From assembly GCA_040954595.2 (NCBI GenBank), contig CM082597.2, positions 62,001 to 126,000 on the forward strand: a stretch of 64,000 nt of DNA. The letters are read 5' to 3'. This DNA is from Balanoglossus misakiensis (lineage: Eukaryota; Animalia; Hemichordata). The notes beneath the pieces were generated by a model. The model searched no databases. It was given only the letters and a program-made list of their open reading frames with translations, and was not told the origin of the DNA. Positions 28,501-40,321 of the stretch are shown here, piece by piece. Numbering within the stretch: position 1 is the stretch's first letter; each line of letters starts with the position of its first letter. Made by a program: the position numbers and the translations under genes.

Positions 28501-31500
28501 AGTTTATTGCACAAAACTGTATTTGTTCCAATAGTTTTATCAAATTGAAGTACCAGTATACATGGTCATAGTAGAGTGTGTAACTTGAACTTACTCATGT
28601 CCTACAGGGCATTCAGTACAATCTGTAGAGCCAAGTAGAGAATAGTATCCATCATCACAGTCACTTGGTGTAGATGACGTTTCCAGACATTTCTTGCCTG
28701 CTGGACACTCCGGACAACTTGTCTGACCACTGTTATCTTGATATGTCCCAATACTGCAACTGTTGGGTCAAATATCTTGAGTAAGGTGTGTATTGAAACT
28801 GACCATATTGTCACAGATGCATATTCATACAATACCAATCTACACTAACCATAGTTCCTGTAGCATATTTACCACTACATTGTAATACTTACAAGTAATG
28901 TGGATATCTTGGATTTCTGTTATTAATATCAAAGGTATCAATCTATTCAGACCCAGACAGAAAAATGTGTAACAAGTAATTACCTTATTTGTTCTGCAAG
29001 TGCATCTGTTGGACAATAAAATCCTGGATCACAAGTTTGACAGCTCAAACTTCCATTCCATGCATAGTTCCCAGATGTACAAATCACTGGATCTGAGTCC
29101 TTGCTACTACATTCATAACCACCAGGACATAAGTAACAAACAGTTGTATTACCCAGAGAGTAGTAGCCATCAGAGCATGGTACAGGACCTACAAAGATCG
29201 TCAGAACAAATACATTAATTCCAAAAACCTTCAACCATTTTTAATGAATTTCGACTTGGGGACCCATTCAACAGAAATCTGGGTGACTAACATTGAGGGA
29301 ACACTTACTTTGGGACGGATCAGGACAAGCACTTCCTGCAGGACACTCTGTACATGAATCACTGTTTGCTGATGAATACCAACCAGATGGACAAGATGTA
29401 CAATATTTTGAAGCACCCACACTGGAAAGAAATACAAGATTTAGTTATTAAAATATATCAAATGGTGATGATGGGAAAGTCACTAGATTACTTCTAATAT
29501 TGGTGAATCCCTCAACATAAAATTGAAAATATGCAGAAAAGTAATTAAGATTTCATGATAGAGAAATTATCTGGTGACCACAGCCGCAAGACTTCTCTGT
29601 CATGCGTTTTGAGTCAGTAGATACAGAAAGATCATTTCTTTTGCAACCAAATGATGGCTATCTGAATATATGTCACTTCATTGTTAAAGGGACAATTATT
29701 TTTATCTTTTTATAGGTGACAGAAGTGAACAGTGAGCGTTTTCGTTAATAGAAGACTTACCTATATGTTCCTGGTAGACAGTTTTGGTGTGATTGGGCAA
29801 CGTCTTCACAGCTAGACCCAGCTGGACAAGATGTACATGTAGATGATCCTTAGGGAAACACAAAGTAAAAATGTTGTCAGAAAGTCATGACAAACAGCAA
29901 ACATGAACACCGTCTTACAGATGACTCAGCTCTGGAACACACAAATGAAAAGGCAGACACAAATCACACAGACATGCACACACAAACAGGCTCGCCCACG
30001 TGCAAGCACACACACACACCCCTCACCACACCACCACACACAAACACACACATTGTTCTGACATACATACCTGGTATATCTGCATATTCACCATCAACAC
30101 ATGGAGAACAGACTGTTGAGCTACCAGGGCTAGAAGTACCAGCGCTACATTCCTCTGGAGTTTGAGACGGGTCAGAACAGCGATGCCCGGCTGGACATGC
30201 TTTGCATTCAGCAGAGTTGGTGTCATTTGCATAGGTTCCTGACTCACACTCAATTGGTTCCATACGACCAGATCCAGGACACATTTTACCTTACAATGAA
30301 AACATTTGGTAAAATTTTATGCATATGCAGATACTCCCAAAAGTACATATTCTTATTTACCATAGTAACAATTTATGTACAAGTTCTTTAAGTTTATCTG
30401 TGTTGAACATTCTTAATTACCATCTATGTTGAACATTCTTAATTACCATTGTTATCAATTATGTCTCAACAATGTTGGCCAATAAAGAAACAGAATAGAC
30501 AATTGCTATGTTGATGAATCACTGCCTTTTAAAAGCACAGTATTAAGAAACTTCAGTACAGTATACTGACAGAAAATAAATGAGTATTTATTTTGGCCAG
30601 ACCTTACCTTGCTCACATGGCGTACAGGATAAACTCCCATTTCTTGCATAGGTACCTTCACTGCATTGTTGTGGATTACTTTTATCTGAACACTCATAAC
30701 CACCAGGACACAGGTCACATGATGTTTGTCCAGCCTCACTGTAATAACCATCGGCGCATGATGTTTGGGTCGTATATGTACAATAACTGCCAGCAGAACA
30801 TTCTGTACATGAAGAGGCTCCACCAGCAGAATACCAACCTGTTCAATGATGGAATCAAAATCAATAAACAGCCCCATAAAGCTACACATCCTTGTCACTC
30901 ATACACATCCCAATAAACTTGAATTCCTTCAGCCAATTCCCTACAACCCCTGTCCCACGCTACATACACTTGTTCCCATACTAAAATTAAAATCTTCCCT
31001 GTCCCCATACTTTTTATGTTATCATAAACACATCCCTGTCATCACTCTATGTCTAAGCACAAACTAAGCAGTCCCCATAATCTATCAGCTCAGTCACTGT
31101 TCCTCCAAACCTCTATATGTACACATACATCCACACTGATCTGAAGGGCAAGACTTTCCACAGTTTACTTTCAGCGTTTTGATGACAATACATAATTCAT
31201 TGATCACCTGTTGGACATTGTGTTTGTGTTTGAGTGGTATTTGTAGGGCAGAAAAAGCCAGCATCACAATCCACACAGCTCAAACTACCACTCAATGAGT
31301 ATGTTCCAGAAAGACACGCTCCAGGTAGGACAGTTGGGTCACTACATTGGTATCCACTAGGGCACTGACTACATTCTGTACTGCCTGATAAACTATAGTA
31401 GCCATCATTGCATGCCACTTGCATACTGGGTGTACAATAAAAGCCAGCACTACATTCCAAGCAGCTTTCACTTCCTGTTCCATTGCTGTACCATCCTATA

Positions 31501-34500
31501 ATATCACAATAATTAAAACCATTCAGTTCAGTCCAATAATAGAACAGCTAAGACGCAAACAGAGTTATCGAGTGGTCCGATGAGAGAAGAAGACACGCAA
31601 TGGCACAATATGAACACATTTGTGAAGGGAATGAAACATACCAGAAATTAGACAGATAATGATCGAAGTGTGTGATGCCTGATAAACAACAACAACAACA
31701 ACAGCAACAACAACAACACAGGAGTGACTGTCAGTGTGTGATGACTGACAAACAACAACAACACAGGAGTGATTTCATTGTGTGATGCCTGATAAACAAC
31801 AACAACAACAGCAACAACAACAACACAGGAGTGACTGTCAGTGTGTGATGACTGACAAACAACAACACAGGAGTGATTTCATTGTGTGATGATTGACAAA
31901 CAACAACAACAACAGCAACAACAACAACACAGGAGTGACAGTCAGTGTGTGATGATTGACAAACAACAACAAAATAGGAGTGATTTCATTGTGTGATGAT
32001 TGACAAACAACAACAACAACACAGGAGTGACAGTCAGTGTGTGATGACTGACTATTGATGATGGTCAAACAATTAACGAAGCACCACGTTACTGTCATTA
32101 TGGGATAATACACAATCTGTGAGGAATAACAAACAAGGCCACAAGAGACTGCCAGAAGTCTTTCATGACTGATAAACAACAAAATCATATGTGATTTTAT
32201 GTGTATGACAATTGACAAACAATACAAGCTGTGACTGTCAGAAAAAAGTCCTTAGAAAACAAATGTTTGCAAGGTACATATATTGATGTCACCTTGTTGA
32301 CATGGTGTTTGGGTTGTCATAGCAACTGTTGGGCATTGATATCCAGGTTGACATGGGGTACAACTGTCACTGCCATTGACAGCGTAACTACCAGGATTAC
32401 ATTGGGTTGGTAGACTGCCATTGACACATTGATATCCAGCAGGACATACAATGCAGGAAAGCTGACCAGCAAAGCTGTAGTAGCCAGTGTTACAAGGTGT
32501 AGCTGTGTTTGATGTGCAGTAAAACCCTTCTGGACATTCAGTACAATTAGTGGAGCCACCACTACTGTACCAGCCTATGGATACAAACCAAATAAACTGT
32601 TATAGTCAACCCACCACTAATATGCTACACACCTGTATGGATGAAATTAACACAACTCGCCCATCAGAAGTTGTAGAAAAAAAAACTTACCAGACTGACA
32701 AGCTTCGGGAGAACTCATGGCATCCACAGGACATTGGTAACCTGTCAATCAATCAATCAATAAAGGAATTCAATTTTGAGCTTGATGGGAATTTTTTATA
32801 TGGTAAGACAGTTGATAGGTAAAATAAATATTGGGGTTGTTTAAATTGAAGGTATTTGATATTATGTCGAAGACTTACCAGCGGGACATGGTTGACAACT
32901 AACACTGTTGTTGTATGCATAGTTGCCTGCAGTACAGAGATTACAGCTTAACTGATCAATGGATGGAACGTTTCCTTCGGGACATGTCTAGAAATGAGAA
33001 CAAAAAAAAAAGCATATGGACTCAATTGACATTATTGACATTAATGACATTTATCTTGCATATACAGTGAAAATATACTTTGTTCAGAAAGGTAAGATTC
33101 TCAACAATGAAATGGCGTGTCAATTTACCGTAAAAGCATTAATGTTTCACTGGGTCAGAATTTCACTAGTTTTGCTGATAAAATCTGCTAACTTAAATCC
33201 CAGTATAATGTAACATTACATATTTTATAGCCAAATACATGGATTTAAAACCTCCTAAATGTGCCCTAAAAATTAAAAGCACTGAAATTAAATCCCAAAG
33301 AAAACGGATGCTTTTACAGTATGATCATAACCTTCTTTCAGATCTTGACTATAAATAAAGCTTCTGGGACAAAAATGACAAAAACCCTCCAATTTTCATT
33401 CTAAAGATTGAGAATCATTTTCATGTTATTGTTAATCATTTTAATGTAAAGAATTTGAAGGGAACAGCATATTTTTGAGTACTCTGCAATTCCACCAACT
33501 TTTAAAATTATTACAGCAATAAAAAAAATCACTATCAAGGATATAATTATCACACATTTATTTGCATTTATAATTCATATTAATTTCAAGATAGTTCTTG
33601 TAGTATAACTGTATTGGCAACAAGTTCAGAAAATACCCCAAAAGAGTCTAAGTAATATATTCATAACCTCTGGCATCACCACATAAATATTCATGACCTT
33701 TACACTTCACAGTTTCATTTATAGCCCCATATTCACCACTTGTACAGCCTTGACACACAAAGACAAAAAATTCTTCCCTGTATGCAAATAAGCCAGGAGT
33801 CATGTGACTACACCTATTATGTAATGCCAAATCAGAAGTTCCCATGAGTTTGTGATTGACCATTTAGAGATCAGCCAGCCAGATTCAAAAAGACTGACTC
33901 TGACCACAGTCCTTCTGTTTTGACTGGGCTATCATGGGGAAAACACTGAAGGGTAAGTAAAGAAATCAACATCCTTTGGGGAGTTTTGTGTTTATGCTTC
34001 AAGCATCCAGCAGTGCCAGGAGTTTAGGACTTGACATCAACAGAAAAGACCAAGGACAACAATAAAAAGACAATAATTTGGACCTGGTGTCCATGTGATA
34101 TTGACTGTACAAGAGAGTACATGTACATGTACTTGCATACAACTTCAGATTCAGCTGCCATGTTGCTGAGGTATGCTGAAGTGAATGTTCTGTTGGATTT
34201 GTCAGATTATCAGTAACTGCAGCTAATTTTAGATTCTCTTTTCATGTATCTGAACAGGAAAATCTGATGGCTTCCACAATCCACCCAGAAATGGTGGCCT
34301 GTCTGTCAGATACAGATGTTATGGAGATCCATAGCTTCGTTTGCTGAACCACTTCAGGGATTTGACAGGTAAGAGTTTTTTTAGGGATCTTTCCACCAAA
34401 TTGGAGACTTGGTGAATACAGATTGGTAATGAAGGCTGGACTGGGAAATGACAAGGTGTAATGTGTCATTTTTGGCCAATAGCATTTAGGTACTGTATGT

Positions 34501-37500
34501 TTTTTTCTGCGAAATTACTGCTACATACGAGTCTGATGTAATCAACTTCACAACAATGATGCAATGGCTGTAACTTTGTGTCTGTGTCGATCCAGAACAA
34601 TCTAGTGGCATGAAGATTTCTTAGGAATTACAATGGGCAAATGCAGAGCCCTGAGATAGATCAAAATCTAACATGTGAGGAAGTATAGCATTGGGAAGTT
34701 TGTGATCTCTTTACGTGGCTGTATGCTATCGCGTTGTTAGACAGAATCAGCACAGCAGTTAGACAGTAAATGCTTGATCAGTACTGATTTCCTTCCAAGA
34801 AATGTCTTGAATGTGTTCTCCACACAACTATCTAAAAACCCAAAAGTCAATGTACTCTGAAATATTCTTCACAAAATAGCCTACAATTGTACACGTTGAC
34901 AAATAAAACTAGCTAGGTAGTGTTACTCATACAGACTTACCTGTGGTAGTTGTGATGTGGTTGGACAGTAAAATCCACTGGGACACTGTGTACATGTCAT
35001 TTCACCACTCAATGAATACTGGCCACTATTACATGCAGTTAAATTGGCTGTTGTAATATCACATGCAAATCCAACTGGACACAGTGTACAAGATGGCGAA
35101 CCAGCAGTACTGTAGTAACCAGATCCACAGGCCTATAAATACCAAACAACCATTAAGAGTTGGTAACTTTCAGAAATCTAAATTTTCAAGCTGAATCTAC
35201 ATTTCTGGTGAAAATCATCGCAAACAGCACCCTCTATAAACAAAAAACACCCCCTCCCCAAGTCATACACACTCTCTCTCTCTACACTCTTCCCCTATAC
35301 CCAAATTTTACTGACCAGCTTATCTCCTCTTCTCTCCCTTTCTACCCTCCCTCCAGTCCAACATATCATTTTTAACCAATCCCTTCTCCTCTCTTCATTT
35401 CTCTAATCACTCTTCTCTTCCCCTCCCCATCATCCTCTCTTTCTACCCTGACCACCACTCCCTACTAATACCTCCTTCCACATCTTACCGAGCAGTCTGC
35501 ATTTGAATCAGAGCCGGTGTTTGCGTTTTCTTCTCCTACATCACATGGTTGCCTAGCACTGATCCCACCAGGGCAACTAGAAAAAGAAAACAAAACATGT
35601 ATTAGTGCTGTCAAATTTTATCAATTGCAAGAGGTGATGATTAAAATCAGTGTTTTTGTCATAGAATGGGTTGTGAGCATTTATAAATTTACATAATTCC
35701 CTGAGTAGTATAGCTACTGTACAGAATGATTGTTTATTATTCATGAGCTGAGGCAGCTCCCTTAACAAATCATTTCTACACTTGAGAGGTTTTGCCAGGC
35801 TAACCTGGACCCAGATGTAAACCAAAAGGGCAAACCAAAAGGGCCGGATTGCTTAGGTAGGAGTGCTGTTCATTTGGACAATCTCCCCAAATGAAATTAG
35901 TGGGAAAACAAAATCTCTTTCTAAATAAACAATATAGCCATGAGTTTAAATAAATTACTTAATCACTAAAACATGCAATTGCAAAGTTACAGCAACTAAG
36001 GTTTCAGAAATCTTTTTACATTTTATCAGTCATTAGTATTCCATGCACACTTCGCATTTCACTGGATTGACCTCTGACTGGGTGTGAACACTTTCTTGTT
36101 AATGGAAACCACTCAGGCGTTTTTACACAGAACTATTATTTAGGGGCATTACATGCCTGCTATTGTGATTTTTTCAAAACAAACAACAAAACATTGATGA
36201 CACTAGAAAGAATTGTGATTCCGTTTCTATTATGACAACAATTGTTAAAATGAAAGTTGTTAGATCTGTCTGGGTAAATCTGTTAAAATTGTCTGCAAGT
36301 TCTTTGCAAACCAAACACTGTAGTCCAGCTGCTGTATATTCAATAGATTTATTCCCACCAAGTTTCATTGTCGTAAATTAGTAGCTTTTTCATCATTCTG
36401 TCTCTTTCTCTCTCTCTGCTTCTCTCTGTATCTCTCTGCCATTCTCATTCTCTCTCTCACCCTTTCAATCAATCAATCAATCAATTTAAACAACATCTTG
36501 AGTGAAATGACTTACTAGAAACCTGGATCACATTGATGACATGAGCTGTCACTCAAATCCCAGTACTGTCCTGCAGTACAATTGGAAGCATCACAACTGC
36601 CTTCTACACCATCTGCAATGAAATCAAGACAACCAAATTTAAAAAGTCACAATGTGATTTTATCAATAATGTCCATTTATATTATGGTAATAACGGACAT
36701 AATATAACACTGACAAACCTATCATCATGCAAAGAGCACATTAAAATGGTCCATTTAAATGAGATAACTGATGGGTATACACAACCTCTAATGGTGGCTA
36801 TAATGTAAATATAAACAAGGTAAATAATAAACAGGTGCAGCACCATTTTATTCAACCGCAAGTTTACAACTACTGTAGTATGCGCACATAGGTCTTAGAA
36901 TGTCAACAAATTCAAAATGGTGTCATTTGTAGACTTAGGAAAAAGAGAAGATTGTATTATTTTATCAATTAAATATGCTAAAAGTGGCAGTCAATGAGGT
37001 TTACCTTGCCCACAAAGCTATTTAATGTACTTTGAGTTTGATACAAAGAATCTGTAGTTGAACTGTTTTTTATTTGCTGGCTGAGTATTGACTAGTACAC
37101 TTCAAATTGTTTGAACAGGAGAGGGAAAACCTTTTGTTCACAAGAGAAAGAAATCTTTAGTTCAAACACTCCACATGATGATGTACATGTTACTGTACTT
37201 TACTAACTTTCACACAGCACCATCCCATCACCCAATCTGTACTTTAACCTTACACTCAATCATTTTGTGAAATGAATCTGACTAGCAAAATAAAAATACT
37301 GTCACAGAATAGGACACTGTCATTTTAAATACAATCTAAAAATTACTGGTCTAACCCACAGGATGCATCAAACATCTCATTTGTACTGTATACCAAGACG
37401 AGTCCTTATATAGCTGATGTATTGTGCCAGCATCATTTGGTTATTTTTAGCAGTTGTTTGTATTATATGTGCATGTGTCAGAACAACTGAAATTAATTTC

Positions 37501-38638
37501 AATAAAAATCCACCAGGCAGATTTTTTATGTTACTTATTAACTATTCACTTTGTACTATTGACACCAGGAACTAGCCGTACTAGTAGCCATAGCAACAAT
37601 ACATATACTGTACTATATTGACATTAACTAAAATATATTCAACCGCAATTTCCTGTAAAATATAATCCATTGCACAAGAGTACTATCATCCCTATGTATT
37701 ATTTTCAGTATGGAATACAATAGCCAGGGTTCTACACCCGTACACTTATTGAAATATATTGGACAGCATTTGCTTCAGACACTAGTTGCATAAGAAACCA
37801 GATTAAGTGGATGGAAATTGGCAATGTCTACATGTACATGCATGTTTCACTTATCATTGTTTATTGCATCACCATGGAGATGTAAATGTAACCGTGGTTA
37901 CCTTCTTGCAAGGACTCTATTTTCCTCAGTGCACCCATTGCAAATGTTACCTTTGCGATTTTCTTTTTCTTTTTTTAACTACTAAGCTTGATGCATAGAA
38001 CAATGTGAATTTAATCAGTAAATTCAATCAGAGTGGGGCCGCCTGGGGTTTTTTTTTTTTTTCCGGGACTCGCGAGTCACGTACAGTACACTAATTCCGG
38101 GTACCCATTTATCATGGCTGTTCTTTCAATGACACCTGTTAACACAGCTAGGTCGGATCGTCTCGCTGTCAAAACGCTTTGAACTGCATTGGAAACATCG
38201 ATAACACGTCAAAACCTCGAAACATTACAAAAGCCTATTGGTTTTCCAGAATTCAAACGTCAATTTCACATACACACGCACATCAAAATCTCAATTCAAT
38301 TTCAAGACATGCCATTAATGGCGATTAGTGACGTAGGTCAACAAATCGACCAGAGCAGAGTGAGTGTTTATGGATTAACATGCCATGCTTTGGTAGACGT
38401 GGACGCAATAATACATTCAAACTTCGTCACGGTCTCTCATTATCTGAGAAGATTAATATAGGCAGATATAACTTCAGAATGAAATCAACTTTCCGACATT
38501 TTCCGTGTCCATAACACAATGTTGTCTTTGTTGACATGGCTTACCTGAAACCAGCAGTATGGCTAGAATTACTGGCAGTAGACACCCTCCAAACATGTAA
38601 ATGGTACTACTGGTACTTTTAAATCTGAAATACATCAT
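1..38638 (-). CDS. Giant secreted or cell-surface Cys-rich protein built of GCC2/GCC3 (Ephrin_rec_like) repeats; about 64 exons, 3' end outside the window
   Basis: Exon 1 38638-38545 reads MMYFRFKSTSSTIYMFGGCLLPVILAILLVS (signal peptide) then GTAAGC. Exons at ~36612-36516, ~35576-35489, 35132-34941 and onward join in matching phase where I checked them. Every later exon encodes CPxGxYC / CxxGxYS / CDAGYYC motifs. Summed hand-mapped exons give about 15.3 kb (~5,100 aa; estimate). Similarity to the Gm9195/Gm32742-related giant repeat proteins is recalled, not searched. Confidence 0.92.
5574..5890. mobile_element. Non-autonomous palindromic element made of two adjacent inverted-repeat hairpins (MITE-like, possibly Crypton-derived)
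   Basis: 5574-5597 pairs with 5721-5744 (23/24). 5744-5886 is a near-perfect hairpin AGCAATAAAACACCCCCAGCCATGGTATACCAC...GTGGTATACCATGGCTGGGGGTGTTTTATTGCT. CpG-rich compared with the host intron. Confidence 0.75.
7883..8017. mobile_element. Short non-autonomous element with subterminal inverted repeat (Helentron/DINE-like layout)
   Basis: GGGTTTCGAGAC (7888-7899) and GTCTCGAAACCC (7982-7993) form a perfect 12-bp inverted repeat inside an AT-rich intron. Family assignment is inference. Confidence 0.5.
10890..11769. mobile_element. Non-autonomous hAT-like DNA transposon, 880 bp
   Basis: TIRs CAGGGTTCATAC (10890-10901) and GTACGAACCCTG (11758-11769), 11/12 match. Clusters of TTCCAGGAG subterminal repeats at both ends. 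CATGTA duplicated on both flanks. No transposase ORF. Confidence 0.85.
22506..22850 (+). mobile_element. tRNA-derived SINE
   Basis: A box TAGTCTAGTGG (22516-22526), B box GTTCGAGCC (22561-22569), central GTGTCCTTGAGCAAAGCGCTT...CACCCAGGAGTAATGGGTACC resembling conserved SINE core (CORE/Meta-type) domains, and a LINE-like tail TGTAAAGCAC...CTATATAAG followed by an AT-rich repeat. Confidence 0.85.
26940..27029. repeat. Perfect 44-bp tandem duplication
   Basis: AAGCTCTCTGGGTGATATTAAAATTTGAAATTATAAGTTGCACC occurs twice head to tail. Confidence 0.9.
30396..30449. repeat. 26-bp tandem duplication
   Basis: ATCTGTGTTGAACATTCTTAATTACC followed by ATCTATGTTGAACATTCTTAATTACC. Confidence 0.85.
31669..32051. 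repeat. Intronic minisatellite with alternating A/B monomers and an internal (CAA)n tract
   Basis: About 7 units of TGTGTGATG..TGA.AAA(CAA)n CACAGGAGTGA, ending alternately in C(T/A)GTCAG and TTTCAT. Confidence 0.9.
34150..34469 (-). mobile_element. Degenerate tyrosine recombinase fragment of a DIRS-like retrotransposon
   Basis: One frame reads TLSFPSPAFITNLYSP...TKLWISITSVSDRQATISGWIVEAIRFSCSDT*KENLKLAAVTDNLTNPTEHSLQHTSATW, echoing the DIRS YR pattern LFIS...TISxWI...AHSxR..SxSW. One in-frame stop; the catalytic HxxR appears as HSLQ. Confidence 0.6.
35270..35480. repeat. Pyrimidine-rich low-complexity tract
   Basis: CT-rich runs; a similar CT plus (TCAA)n tract lies at ~36397-36485. Confidence 0.6.
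38545..38638 (-). CDS. First coding exon (signal peptide) of the giant Cys-rich gene
   Basis: ATGATG start, hydrophobic CLLPVILAILLVS, phase-1 donor GTAAGC that joins the next exon to give DGVEGSCDASNC. A later Met (MFGG) could be the true start. Confidence 0.8.
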
Positions 38639-39043
38639 ATCTGAAACACATCTCCTATTTACATCTGTACAGAATATATGGACGGATAAACAAACTCCTT
38701 CAGATGTAAATTTCGCCTGGCCTACATGTATTTCACGACGAATCCAACCGAGTTTACACTGCTCACTTCAAGTTGGATGCCTCGGTGCGGCAGCCCCAAC
38801 GCTGGCGAAAATGCCACCGAAAGTGGCAAGGCGGTCCACAAATCTTTCCAGCAATATCGGTTGTGTCAACTGTTCAGTCAAATCTATATCTAGCTGTCCT
38901 ATACTTCAGAAATCTCTTTGTAAACTTTCGAATCCACCTTCCCCAATCTTCTACCGTCTGCACCTACGAGTTTCACAACTTCTGACGCCTTGAAATGTCG
39001 CTTGTAACGAGGTCAACGATTGGGCAATTCTTAATACGTCTCC

Positions 39044-39306
39044 TTTATAAAACAGCCAGAAAAGTCACCCTACTATGGTACTTCGCCGAAATTTTTTGCA
39101 CCTATTTATCTATTCGTTTATCTCATCAATAATTCTTTATTAAAAAGTTCGTGTACAGTTAAATAAATATTGATTATATTGTATAAAAATCCAACGCCAA
39201 TTGGAATAGACGATGGATCAACCACTCGGTATCCCGAGTCAATACTAAGTCAGTATTTGCATATGAAGACGATGACGTCAATGGTTACATCTGTTGCTAA
39301 GTGATC
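39044..39306 (-). promoter_or_regulatory. Putative promoter of the giant Cys-rich gene
   Basis: TATAAA on the minus strand at 39049-39044, octamer ATTTGCAT 39255-39262, CRE TGACGTCA 39273-39280, RFX-like half site GTTGCTAAG 39293-39301, within a CpG-retaining region. TSS unknown. Confidence 0.4.
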
Positions 39307-39612
39307 AATGTACACTGGACGTTGGCCCGTGACAAACTTGTTGGTTTCGTGAGGAAAACATGCCCGCTCGTCAGAAAGTAATGCGACACTACTACTTTAT
39401 TTTGTTCATCCAACGACGTGGGTACAAAAATGGGCAGAAGGCAGGCGTGGACGTCATACACGAACAATGAGCTAAAGCTTAGTCCACAAATAGGATTCGT
39501 GATCTCTTCCGTCGTGAGCTGCAACAACACTGGGCATGGCATTTCTCATGCCTTCGGGGTTGGACAAGACCCGTTTTTGCCGTCCGCAACCTCGAGCTAG
39601 CTACGGAAGCTA

Positions 39613-39688
39613 CAGTAGCCAGGAGACTGAAAGATTCAGTCGTGTGCGCGCCCGCACAGGACAGGATCTTTCAGTCTAAGGTAGCCAG
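39613..39688. mobile_element. Miniature palindromic insertion (~56 bp) with flanking direct repeat
   Basis: AGACTGAAAGAT (39624-39635) pairs with ATCTTTCAGTCT (39666-39677); GTAGCCAG flanks both sides (39615-39622, 39681-39688). Confidence 0.55.
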
Positions 39689-40321
39689 CACCTAAAGCGA
39701 CTTGGAGCCCACACGCGACTGTGGCCCAACTATCACAAATTTCAACTTTATCAAATGAGGAAATCAATGGTGTGGTTTGGGTTTAAACACTTGGAAAATA
39801 TGGGTATGGATTATAAAGACAACATGTATTTAATGATAAAATTATTTTACAAATAACAGATACATGCATTAATCATAATAACTACATCAAATTTAATCCT
39901 ACACCAATCTCAGAAACTGTATATCTTGTCTCCAAAAGTGAGGTTTGACAACTTACAGAATACGATAGCCTTGATCAATAGTGACTATGATGTAGGATAC
40001 CAAACAATATGTTTATTTTCAGCCTTTACAATGACTTGCACGAGTCAAATACATTTCCAAATAATAATTTGGTACAGGAAGAAAACAGTTGCATAGTAAC
40101 ACCTAGTACTGTATTGATCTGGTAAAAACGATGAGTATTTCGATAGCAGGTTTTGTAAACGAGAGTGTGTTTTTCAAAAGTCCCCTTCCACAATTGGTGA
40201 CAGTCTGACAATTGATATTTTCCACAGATCTGATCATCACGCAACAAAATTGAAGTTTAGAATGTTCTCATCACTATAGGTCCACTCGAATACTGTATCC
40301 TGTCCCTCCACACACTGTGGC

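Noticed and set aside
31669-32227. Repeat-spacer look (CRISPR-like) and a 129-aa poly-Leu/Val ORF
   Set aside because: The variable parts are (CAA)n tracts rather than unique spacers, there are no cas genes, and the context is a eukaryotic intron; the ORF is translated minisatellite.
38601-39600. ORFs of 60-130 aa in the CpG-rich region upstream of the giant gene; possible snRNA gene after the octamer
   Set aside because: No recognisable protein motifs or splice partners, and no recognisable snRNA sequence or Sm site.
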